31,589 nt of DNA. Source: a virus. Taxonomy: Duplodnaviria > Caudoviricetes. Of this stretch, positions 18,162-24,770 are shown one piece after another. The notes beneath the pieces were generated by a model. The model searched no databases. It was not told the origin of the DNA and saw nothing but the letters and a program-made list of their open reading frames with translations. How positions within the stretch are numbered: the stretch's first letter is position 1; each line of letters starts with the position of its first letter. The position numbers and the translations under genes were made by a program. Location of the stretch: positions 1 to 31,589 of IMG/VR virus record IMGVR_UViG_3300014613_001720; one strand, 5' to 3'.

Positions 18162-18397
18162 CCCTTTTCCTCCACTTCTGCAAGGAAATCAAGGTCAATA
18201 GCATCATCCCTGTTTAAAACAACCCACACTTCAAGGTCTTTTATAAATCCCTTGCTAATATTAATTCTTTGATGAATCTGTCGCAAAATATTATGCTCTC
18301 CTTTATAGATACTGCCAATCACATCTTTCTGTTTATGTTCTGGACAGGCATAAATTATATGATGCTTCTGGACTATCAATCTCTTGGATTTTTTCAT
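18158..18397 (-). CDS. Degenerate HNH-like small protein
   Basis: KHHI.Y......D......KGEH......H resembles an HNH core lacking CxxC. Confidence 0.4.
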   Translation of the reverse strand: MKKSKRLIVQKHHIIYACPEHKQKDVIGSIYKGEHNILRQIHQRINISKGFIKDLEVWVVLNRDDAIDLDFLAEVEEKG

Positions 18398-19032
18398 CTC
18401 TTCACCAAGTCATAAACAAGATACCCACCGACAGCAAAAACCAGCATAGACTTGAGATTGGAAGTGAATTTGAGCTTCTTTATCTCAAAACTAGCTATTC
18501 CTAATGCACTTTCAGCAACTTTCCTTAAATTAATCTCATTATCCAACTGTTTTTGAATAGATTTGGCTATAATTAGTTGATTTTCAAATGACAGTTTAAG
18601 TGCATCTATCTGGGAATCCTTGTCTTTAATCACCCCTTCTGCAATTGAGAACTTTTCGCTCCAAACCTTAACTTGCTTATCAAGGTTCTCGATAATTTTA
18701 TCTTTACTAACCCCCGAAAGTGCCATTTGTTCTCTTTCCTTTTGTAATCCCGATAACTCTTTGCTCTTTTTATTGATACCCTCATTCTTCTTAACAATCT
18801 CCTCATCCTTAGCCTTAATTGCATTTTGCAGAAAAACAATTGCCCTTTCCCGTTCTTGTATCTCCTTGTCTAAAATTTGCTTATCCTGATCTGCCACTTT
18901 CTTGTATGTTTCATACTCCCCCTGAAGTTTTGATAGTTTATCACCCATATCACAAGACCTGAAAGTCAATAGGGATACCCCGAGGCATAACATAACAATA
19001 ATGACGATTGGATTATAACCCTTAAGTGACAT
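18394..19032 (-). CDS. Coiled-coil membrane protein, spanin candidate
   Basis: N-terminal hydrophobic segment ending FRSC, long coiled coil, C-terminal hydrophobic segment; near a holin-like gene. Confidence 0.5.
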   Translation of the reverse strand: MSLKGYNPIVIIVMLCLGVSLLTFRSCDMGDKLSKLQGEYETYKKVADQDKQILDKEIQERERAIVFLQNAIKAKDEEIVKKNEGINKKSKELSGLQKEREQMALSGVSKDKIIENLDKQVKVWSEKFSIAEGVIKDKDSQIDALKLSFENQLIIAKSIQKQLDNEINLRKVAESALGIASFEIKKLKFTSNLKSMLVFAVGGYLVYDLVKR

Positions 19033-19309
19033 CGCAACCCACCCTTTTTAAAGCATTAGATACTCTAATATCTAACGCCATTAACTCATCATCTACTTTT
19101 TCTTGATACCAATTCTTCATTCTTGTGAATTCAAAATCATCCACCATGGCTAACATGCATTTTTCAACTTCGGATAACTGCATAAATGGATATGATATGG
19201 GAACGTTGCTAATTGTTACTGGGTGTGTCCATCCCAACCTTTTCGATATTCTAATTATTTCTATTAGTCGTTTTATTGCTTTTTCTTTCTTAGTCATTGT
19301 TTCCTCCAT
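19022..19309 (-). CDS. Hypothetical protein
   Basis: Operon context. Confidence 0.55.
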   Translation of the reverse strand: MEETMTKKEKAIKRLIEIIRISKRLGWTHPVTISNVPISYPFMQLSEVEKCMLAMVDDFEFTRMKNWYQEKVDDELMALDIRVSNALKRVGCDVT

Positions 19310-19580
19310 TATTAGTTTTTTCCCTATTTTCCAATTTCTTTTTTAGTTCCTCTAAAGAACATGATTCTCCTCTTTCAATTTCACGAATCCCATTCTCAAT
19401 TCCATTTCCATTGTTATATCCCTTTTGTAAAAGTCTTTTACCAACATACCCAATAAACGCTGTCGTGAAGGCAGAGGCAAATACTGCATAAGGAGTAGAT
19501 GGATAAAAGGTAGCCCATACCATCCCTCCTGCAATTAATACGCAATAGATAAGAAAGGCAAGCCAAGACTTGATAATCAT
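19290..19580 (-). CDS. Holin-like two-TM protein
   Basis: Start reassigned to MIIKS (AAGGAGGT SD); two hydrophobic helices and a charged C-terminal tail. Confidence 0.5.
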   Translation of the reverse strand: MIIKSWLAFLIYCVLIAGGMVWATFYPSTPYAVFASAFTTAFIGYVGKRLLQKGYNNGNGIENGIREIERGESCSLEELKKKLENREKTNNGGNND

Positions 19581-19846
19581 TTTACCTCCTTTGGAATCCT
19601 GCCTAAAAAACATATCTCCTGAACATTAACCCTTGGGATACAATCAATTTGTCTAAAGGCAATTTTATTATCATCCTCAAAAAACTTCTCAAATCCAATA
19701 GATATATAATCTTTTTCATTTTCTATTAAGAACCCAACTATACTTGATTCAACTGGAGAAAACTTATAAGGCATGGTATAAGATTGACTATATAAACGCC
19801 AATCAACTGCCTTTACATAGACCATGGGATAGTTATCTTCACTCAT
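19577..19846 (-). CDS. Small beta-barrel (Sm/SH3-like) phage protein
   Basis: V.V...D ... S.VGFLI.E....I.I ... IP...V..I pattern. Confidence 0.55.
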   Translation of the reverse strand: MSEDNYPMVYVKAVDWRLYSQSYTMPYKFSPVESSIVGFLIENEKDYISIGFEKFFEDDNKIAFRQIDCIPRVNVQEICFLGRIPKEVK

Positions 19847-19859
19847 TTTTTCTCCTTAC

Positions 19860-20117
19860 TTAGGCACGAGCAAAATCCCGTAGAACCATACCGATTTCCC
19901 CCTCTTCTGTTAGTTCAATACAGGTTGAATATTTCTTGTCAAGCCAAGGGGTTATTATTCCTTCTAAATTCTCATCTCCAGCATTATCATGAGCAAGTTC
20001 CCTGGCTTCCCCTTCTGTTTCAGCACGAATAACAAAACCAAATGCTTTATCATACCAAGGCTCCCAAGGGTCATTGCCTTCTGGTAATAATGCTGGTCTT
20101 AACAACCATAGTTTCAT
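19860..20117 (-). CDS. Conserved phage hypothetical protein
   Basis: YD...GFVIRAETE.EAR..A...W.D...C.EL; strong SD. Confidence 0.7.
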   Translation of the reverse strand: MKLWLLRPALLPEGNDPWEPWYDKAFGFVIRAETEGEARELAHDNAGDENLEGIITPWLDKKYSTCIELTEEGEIGMVLRDFARA

Positions 20118-20129
20118 TTTTCCTCCTTA

Positions 20130-20231
20130 CTAAAAATGTTTTTTAATGAACGGGCCAAGAACATAAAACCCGAAAAGAACACACACAATATAAAAAAGAA
20201 TTAATTGAATTATTTGCCAAAACATTTTCAT
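20130..20231 (-). CDS. Small single-TM peptide (33 aa)
   Basis: MKMFWQIIQLILFYIVCVLFGFYVLGPFIKKHF; fills the gap; AGGAG upstream. Confidence 0.5.
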   Translation of the reverse strand: MKMFWQIIQLILFYIVCVLFGFYVLGPFIKKHF

Positions 20232-20234
20232 CTC

Positions 20235-20918
20235 CTAAATGCTCTTTTTTCCCCTAGATGAATATTTTTCTAAGCGCTTCCATGCCCCCTCAAGAGAAAT
20301 AACATCTTCCTTGCAGTGGGCAAAGATAAACCCCAGGCTTGCAGGATGTCCTGCCTGTGCCTTCTGCCAGATATCTGGCTCTAGCCGATGCCCCTTGCTA
20401 GGTATCCCCAAGAGGTTGCAGACAGTCTCTAGTCTTGTTCTATGAAGGCATAGTTTCTGCTTAGCGATGTCATAAACATCTGTTACCCATTGACTCCTAT
20501 AAACAGGAAAATCCAGTCCCCATTTTTCTGCCCTAGTCCTGCAAAATGGAATATCATAGCGATAATTAGACCCGTAATACACAACAAGTCTATGAAACTT
20601 TTGCATATCAACAAGCAACTCTTTAACCAAATCCAAATCAAATTTATAACTCAAGATTTCCTTTGGTTTAAGATGCCTACCTAATATCTTACCGTCCAAT
20701 TCTTTAATGCAGTAGCAAAGCATAAAATCCCAATTAGCCTTTAACCCAGTAGCTTCAATATCCAAGAACCCTATCCTCTCATAAAAAGGACTTTCAAGCG
20801 GTTTCTCCCTTAAGAAACAGTTATAGTGAGATAGAAAATCAACCCGATGGGCTTTACAATGATGATTGGCAAGCCAAACTATCTCAGCCTTAGTTAACTG
20901 GTTTACGGGTATGGTCAT
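20235..20918 (-). CDS. RNase H-fold DEDD 3'-5' exonuclease (YprB/RNase_H_2-like)
   Basis: FLDIEATG (ExoI), YG..YDIPF (ExoII), HC..DV (ExoIII). Confidence 0.85.
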   Translation of the reverse strand: MTIPVNQLTKAEIVWLANHHCKAHRVDFLSHYNCFLREKPLESPFYERIGFLDIEATGLKANWDFMLCYCIKELDGKILGRHLKPKEILSYKFDLDLVKELLVDMQKFHRLVVYYGSNYRYDIPFCRTRAEKWGLDFPVYRSQWVTDVYDIAKQKLCLHRTRLETVCNLLGIPSKGHRLEPDIWQKAQAGHPASLGFIFAHCKEDVISLEGAWKRLEKYSSRGKKSI

Positions 20919-21076
20919 TATTTATGTTTCCTCCATTGGATAAAAAATTGAAAGTTAAAAAAGATTACAAGCAATCTATGCCTATAAGCCCCAAAACCAC
21001 CACGGTAATAAGCATGTTTAAAGAGAGTAAAATACCGTATGTTCAATCTCCAGTAGTTTGTAACCTGTATCTTCAT
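20918..21076 (-). CDS. Small basic hypothetical protein (52 aa)
   Basis: MKIQVTNYWRLNIRYF...; overlaps both neighbours (ATGA, TAATG). Confidence 0.45.
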   Translation of the reverse strand: MKIQVTNYWRLNIRYFTLFKHAYYRGGFGAYRHRLLVIFFNFQFFIQWRKHK

Positions 21077-21231
21077 TTTTTACTATTTTTTCTCTCTTCA
21101 ATTATCTGTTTTCTTAATAAGCTTATTAACTCCTCTAATTTCTCAGGACTTAATTTCTTGCCATCTCTTGTGTGAGGAAACACTGGCAGTCTATTTAATA
21201 GTTCTTTTTCAATTTCTTCGTCTTCACTCAT
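21073..21231 (-). CDS. Hypothetical protein (52 aa)
   Basis: Start reassigned to MSEDEE (GAGGTG SD) because the longer ORF begins inside a promoter. Confidence 0.55.
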   Translation of the reverse strand: MSEDEEIEKELLNRLPVFPHTRDGKKLSPEKLEELISLLRKQIIEERKNSKK

Positions 21232-21250
21232 GTCTTCACCTCTATAACCT

Positions 21251-21279
21251 ATTATACCACAGAATAATATCCTTGTCAA
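21251..21279 (-). promoter_or_regulatory. sigma70-type promoter
   Basis: TTGACA-17bp-TATAAT, TGTGn extension. Confidence 0.85.
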
Positions 21280-21301
21280 GTATTATTTTCATTTATTTTT
21301 C

Positions 21302-21574
21302 CTAATCCTCATTATCATAGAACTTCCCCTGAATAACCATCCTAATGGAATCCAACTCACCCTTATCAACTTCAGCAAAATCGTATGTATCCTCAAATCT
21401 CCCCCACTCCATATTCCGCTTCTCATCCTCATAATTAAAAGCAAAGGGAATCTCCTCTATGGCATATTCGCTAGTCTCGGAATAAACCTCCACCCTACCC
21501 ATAATCCAGTTGTCCAGAAGCGGATTATCCCAAAACTCCCGAATGAAAGAAAGGAAATACTTTTTATTTTCCAT
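21302..21574 (-). CDS. Acidic hypothetical protein
   Basis: 90-aa D/E-rich ORF. Confidence 0.6.
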   Translation of the reverse strand: MENKKYFLSFIREFWDNPLLDNWIMGRVEVYSETSEYAIEEIPFAFNYEDEKRNMEWGRFEDTYDFAEVDKGELDSIRMVIQGKFYDNED

Positions 21575-21585
21575 CTTTTTTCTTT

Positions 21586-21762
21586 TTAACCAGGATAGTC
21601 CTTTCTGGTTCTTTCTTTATCTCCAACCCAAGGCTCAAGAAGAAGTTGAACAAGAAGATTAAGGGGAATCTTCTCTGATGCATAAGGATATGATGGAAAG
21701 GTTTCTTTCCAAACATAAAGATTAACCCTCTCTGTTATTTCTTCCCTTAATTTTTCTCTCAT
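21586..21762 (-). CDS. Hypothetical protein (58 aa)
   Basis: MREKLREEITERVNLYVWKE...; AGGAGGT SD; behind its own promoter. Confidence 0.65.
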   Translation of the reverse strand: MREKLREEITERVNLYVWKETFPSYPYASEKIPLNLLVQLLLEPWVGDKERTRKDYPG

Positions 21763-21779
21763 GTTTACCTCCTATATCA

Positions 21780-21808
21780 AGCATATCATAAAATAAACTG
21801 GTTGTCAA
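21780..21808 (-). promoter_or_regulatory. sigma70-type promoter
   Basis: TTGACA-17bp-TATGCT, TATGn extension. Confidence 0.65.
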
Positions 21809-22139
21809 ATAGATTTTTCATTTCTTTAATTAATGGTATAAAAACCCCACCTTGCTCCACAAGATCATTTGCCACTAAAATACGGTGACACACATCCCCA
21901 GCTGGAAGCGTAGCAAAGAAAGATAATATATGATAGCCTTGATCATGGGGAACAATACTGGCAAATGGCTTTACTTCAAAATAACCAATTACACATTCCA
22001 GTGATGCTAACTCATTTTCAACTTCTGTCGCCATCGCACCCTTTGGTCTTGGCACAGTAGGAATCCTTAACAATGGCATGTCTCTATCCACTTCTATCCA
22101 TTCGCCACTCTCTGGATTCTTAAAAAATAATTTTCTCAT
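21786..22139 (-). CDS. Hypothetical protein
   Basis: 117-aa ORF starting 10 nt after a -10 box, no SD (near-leaderless). Confidence 0.6.
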   Translation of the reverse strand: MRKLFFKNPESGEWIEVDRDMPLLRIPTVPRPKGAMATEVENELASLECVIGYFEVKPFASIVPHDQGYHILSFFATLPAGDVCHRILVANDLVEQGGVFIPLIKEMKNLFDNQFIL

Positions 22140-22149
22140 CTATAAACTA

Positions 22150-22178
22150 ATCATATCACAAAAAAGAGAGATTGTCAA
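22150..22178 (-). promoter_or_regulatory. sigma70-type promoter
   Basis: TTGACA-17bp-TATGAT, TGTGn extension. Confidence 0.8.
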
Positions 22179-22214
22179 GCACTTTGTGCTTAGCAGGCTT
22201 TGCCTCAAGCAGAA

Positions 22215-22391
22215 TTATTCACCCCAATCCTCATCTACCTCAGGTGCTTGCGTAAGCAAAATAACCCGTTTAACCCAGCCCACAACCAAAGAAGATGAAC
22301 AAACCTCACAAGAAACAACCTCAGATGCCTCCACATCTGGATGCAAAATAACACTAAACCCGCAAATAGGACATTCAGCATATAACCACAT
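22215..22391 (-). CDS. lysW: LysW-family amino-group carrier protein (58 aa)
   Basis: Not in the ORF track. MWLYAECPICGFSVILHPDVEASEVVSCEVCSSSLVVGWVKRVILLTQAPEVDEDWGE*: two CxxC Zn-ribbon motifs and the terminal APE..EDWGE signature of LysW. Confidence 0.88.
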   Translation of the reverse strand: MWLYAECPICGFSVILHPDVEASEVVSCEVCSSSLVVGWVKRVILLTQAPEVDEDWGE

Positions 22392-22397
22392 AAACTA

Positions 22398-22426
22398 ATT
22401 ATACCATAAAATCTTCCACCTGTCAA
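22398..22426 (-). promoter_or_regulatory. sigma70-type promoter for leaderless lysW
   Basis: TTGACA-17bp-TATAAT; ATG begins 6 nt after the -10 box. Confidence 0.85.
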
Positions 22427-22432
22427 GTCCTT

Positions 22433-22909
22433 TTAAAAAACATTCATCTCCGACTCCAAAGCATCCTCCCGATATATAGCCTCCCTCCTAACAATTCTAA
22501 CCATCTCCTTAGCTTCAAACGATACCCTGTCTATAATATAAACAGAAACACAATCTTTATACCCATCAATCTGACCCTTTTGCCGTTTTAGCCATAACAT
22601 CAATTCCTCTCCAGGGAGAAGAAATGTAAAATATTTCTTGAAATCCTCTACCCGTTTAGTCACGGCAGTCCCATGGCTAACCTGAATCCAATACACCCTA
22701 CTATCCTTCCTTGCAACCAAATCAGAAGCAAAACAATCATTATCCTGAGATATCCAAAGAGTCCTATTCAAATTTGGGATAAAAACAGCTTTAGCGGTAG
22801 GCAAAAAGTTCCTAACAATAAATCCCCTCTCTATCAACCACTTCTCGCACCACTTCTGAAATAATAACCCCTTTTTCCTATTAGAAGCCCTCGTCTTTTT
22901 ATCCTCCAT
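22433..22909 (-). CDS. Hjc-like PD-(D/E)XK Holliday-junction resolvase homologue
   Basis: N..KG..F......L...GF.V ... DLVA.K......IQV; GGAGG SD. Confidence 0.65.
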   Translation of the reverse strand: MEDKKTRASNRKKGLLFQKWCEKWLIERGFIVRNFLPTAKAVFIPNLNRTLWISQDNDCFASDLVARKDSRVYWIQVSHGTAVTKRVEDFKKYFTFLLPGEELMLWLKRQKGQIDGYKDCVSVYIIDRVSFEAKEMVRIVRREAIYREDALESEMNVF

Positions 22910-22926
22910 ACAAACCTCCTATAAAC

Positions 22927-22955
22927 AGTATATCACACTTAATCCCGCTTGTCAA
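22927..22955 (-). promoter_or_regulatory. sigma70-type promoter (first leftward promoter)
   Basis: TTGACA-17bp-TATACT, TGTGn extension. Confidence 0.8.
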
Positions 22956-22974
22956 TACCCCATATATACACAAA

Positions 22975-23016
22975 GTATATTAAATTACTTCTTAAGAAAG
23001 AAGTATTTTAATATAC
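22975..23016. repeat. 42-bp AT-rich inverted repeat
   Basis: GTATATTAAATTACTTCTT-AAGA-AAGAAGTATTTTAATATAC; 19-bp arms, 1 mismatch. Confidence 0.85.
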
Positions 23017-23308
23017 ATAAAGACTCTTAAAGATAATATCTCTTTATTTATATATCTTCTCTTTATCTTCTCTTCTCTTTCTTTAATGATCTTAGTCTTA
23101 TTACTAGATTATAGGCACTATATAGTCCGTGAGTATTAATCTCAGTTAGGGGTAAGAACTAACAACAGTTGCAAAGCAACTAGCAGGTCCTACCTCATGA
23201 CTAAAGTCTAAATTAATGCCAGCGGGCATCAATCTAGCCCACCAGCCCCAAATGCTTTCCCAATATTGCACACTTTTTAGAGGGTTACCCTTCCCCTCAA
23301 TCCTGCCT

Positions 23309-23358
23309 GGGGGGATTAGGGGTATAGGGGATTTGGGGATTAGGGGTATATGGGATTT
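23309..23358 (+). repeat. (GGGG-WWWW)x6 tandem repeat, G-quadruplex-forming motif
   Basis: GGGGATTAGGGGTATAGGGGATTT present twice (1 mismatch). Confidence 0.85.
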
Positions 23359-23600
23359 TAAAGAGAGAGATATCTCACCCCTATCTGAAATTCTTAACAG
23401 CTCTAACTCCTGGCGATTGTCACCTAAAGAGGACAGTATCCCTCACCCCATAATGTGTCCAGAAACTGAACATGGAAGGAAGAGGGTTACCCCCGACTTC
23501 TTGTCAAATGATACTATGTTAGTGTCATTAGTGCTTATTAGTGTTCATTTGGGGAATTTAGGGTTGGCATGGTTTTGCATTTTGGGTGAATTGCTGTGCA

Positions 23601-23617
23601 TGCAAGGTATGTGCCAA
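23601..23617 (-). promoter_or_regulatory. sigma54-type -24/-12 site
   Basis: TTGGCACATACCTTGCA: GG-N10-GC spacing exact. Confidence 0.55.
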
Positions 23618-23676
23618 TTGAAAGGTTATGTTCAATAATTGGACAGTATTTATTTTTATTTATTTAAAAAAAAGAC

Positions 23677-23704
23677 TTGACAAGTGATTTTGTTATGATA
23701 GAAT
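23677..23704 (+). promoter_or_regulatory. sigma70-type early promoter
   Basis: A/T tract (UP element), TTGACA-16bp-TAGAAT, TATGn extension. Confidence 0.75.
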
Positions 23705-23739
23705 GGATTTAGAATGATTAGATATAAGGAGAAAGAAAA

Positions 23740-23859
23740 ATGACTGAAATTATTGCCTTATCTCTTTCTGGAGGGTTGTTATTGACAATCCTCTGGATAT
23801 TTATTTTAGCTTTTTTAAAAGGAGGAAAAGAAAATGAAAAAAGAATTGGGAAATTTTGA
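23740..23859 (+). CDS. Small single-TM peptide (39 aa)
   Basis: MTEIIALSLSGGLLLTILWIFILAFLKGGKENEKRIGKF; AAGGAG SD. Confidence 0.6.
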   Translation: MTEIIALSLSGGLLLTILWIFILAFLKGGKENEKRIGKF

Positions 23860-24115
23860 GTCAGTAAGGCAATTTAATGGAAGAAACGGCCACGTTAAAA
23901 ATCAGTTTATTATTCAAACAGATAAAGGTTTAGTGTTTCAAAGTTATAATAGCGTTATTGCAGCTAAAATTCAAGGTGCAATCTATCTTGATCAAAATGC
24001 TTGGGATTATTCAAGAACTACGGGGAGATATAGAAACGAATTTTTAAGGGAAACAAAAAAGGAAACAGAGAAGAAAATCAAGGAAGGTTTTTACATTTTA
24101 ACAGACTTAAATTGA
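23834..24115 (+). CDS. Conserved phage early protein
   Basis: NQF.I...FQSY.S.IA...WDYS.TT..Y...FL...DLN pattern; AGGAGG SD. Confidence 0.75.
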   Translation: MKKELGNFESVRQFNGRNGHVKNQFIIQTDKGLVFQSYNSVIAAKIQGAIYLDQNAWDYSRTTGRYRNEFLRETKKETEKKIKEGFYILTDLN

Positions 24116-24198
24116 CTATTTCCCCCTTACCTTACCATTGGCGGAGCTGAGATCGTTTAACCTGGCTTAAGTGGTGAAGGTGATTTTAAGGGAAATGG
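24116..24198 (+). promoter_or_regulatory. Long imperfect RNA hairpin (RNase III-type site or ncRNA)
   Basis: CTATTTCCC/GGGAAATGG and TTACCTTACCATT/AGTGGTGAAGGTGA nested pairings with G-U pairs. Confidence 0.55.
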
Positions 24199-24233
24199 TA
24201 AAAAATAAGAAAAACTAAAAAGGAGACTTTAAA

Positions 24234-24401
24234 ATGAAAATAACGGCAATAAAAAGCCTTTGTTGTGGTAATGGAGTAAAACAACGGAATTTATATGCTA
24301 ACGTAAAGACCCCAAAAGAATGGGGAGATAAAATTTACATTTGTCAGAAATGCAAACAGCCAGCTGAGGTCTATTTTATGGCTGAAATAGGAAGATTTTA
24401 A
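24234..24401 (+). CDS. Small Zn-ribbon protein (55 aa)
   Basis: S.CC ... YIC..C..P; AAGGAG SD. Confidence 0.7.
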   Translation: MKITAIKSLCCGNGVKQRNLYANVKTPKEWGDKIYICQKCKQPAEVYFMAEIGRF

Positions 24402-24408
24402 TTTCCTA

Positions 24409-24438
24409 TTGACAGATTAATAAAAAGTATGATATAAT
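24409..24438 (+). promoter_or_regulatory. sigma70-type early promoter
   Basis: TTGACA-18bp-TATAAT, TATGn extension. Confidence 0.8.
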
Positions 24439-24460
24439 TAAATTATAACATGGAGGTGAA

Positions 24461-24544
24461 ATGATTGGCTTAATTTTAGTTTGGGTTTTTATTGTCTTAT
24501 TAATCCTAGTCTTTTTCAAGGGATCAAAGGAGGGAAAAACATGA
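24461..24544 (+). CDS. Small single-TM peptide (27 aa)
   Basis: MIGLILVWVFIVLLILVFFKGSKEGKT; GGAGGTG SD. Confidence 0.6.
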   Translation: MIGLILVWVFIVLLILVFFKGSKEGKT

Positions 24545-24756
24545 AAAAACAAAACAAAAGAATGAGTAGTTTAATCAAAGAAGCAGAAAAAATGTGCTTA
24601 AGAGAATATGGGGTGATAGCAAAAATCACCTTTAATATTCAGGGTTTTGATGTTGGGGTTGATGGGCCTATTTATTATAAGGAACAAGAAAGGATGATTC
24701 AACAAATTAAGGAAATAATTGGCCCATTTTGCAATACTGAGCTTTATGTATTTTAA
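24541..24756 (+). CDS. Hypothetical protein
   Basis: Start reassigned to MKKQ (AGGAGG SD). Confidence 0.6.
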   Translation: MKKQNKRMSSLIKEAEKMCLREYGVIAKITFNIQGFDVGVDGPIYYKEQERMIQQIKEIIGPFCNTELYVF

Positions 24757-24770
24757 AGGGAGATGGAAAA

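Noticed and set aside
2290-21175. Plus-strand ORFs opposite the left arm (e.g. 2290..2520, 14753..15106, 15656..16045)
   Set aside because: Antisense to well-supported genes, no SD or recognisable motifs
22078-22426. Track ORFs 22235..22426 (-) and 22078..22398 (+)
   Set aside because: Shadows of the lysW frame; the minus one starts at the TTG of a -35 box, the plus one is antisense
22975-23016. Protelomerase (telRL-type) site
   Set aside because: Centre is not palindromic and no protelomerase gene is in the window
23309-23545. CRISPR array or true telomere (TTAGGG matches)
   Set aside because: No repeat-spacer structure; repeats are short and internal
23564-23579. Plus-strand sigma54 promoter
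   Set aside because: GG-to-GC spacing is 9, not the required 10
23216-23638. 140-aa plus-strand ORF
   Set aside because: No SD; translates the G-rich repeat (GIRGIGDLGIRGI); region looks regulatory
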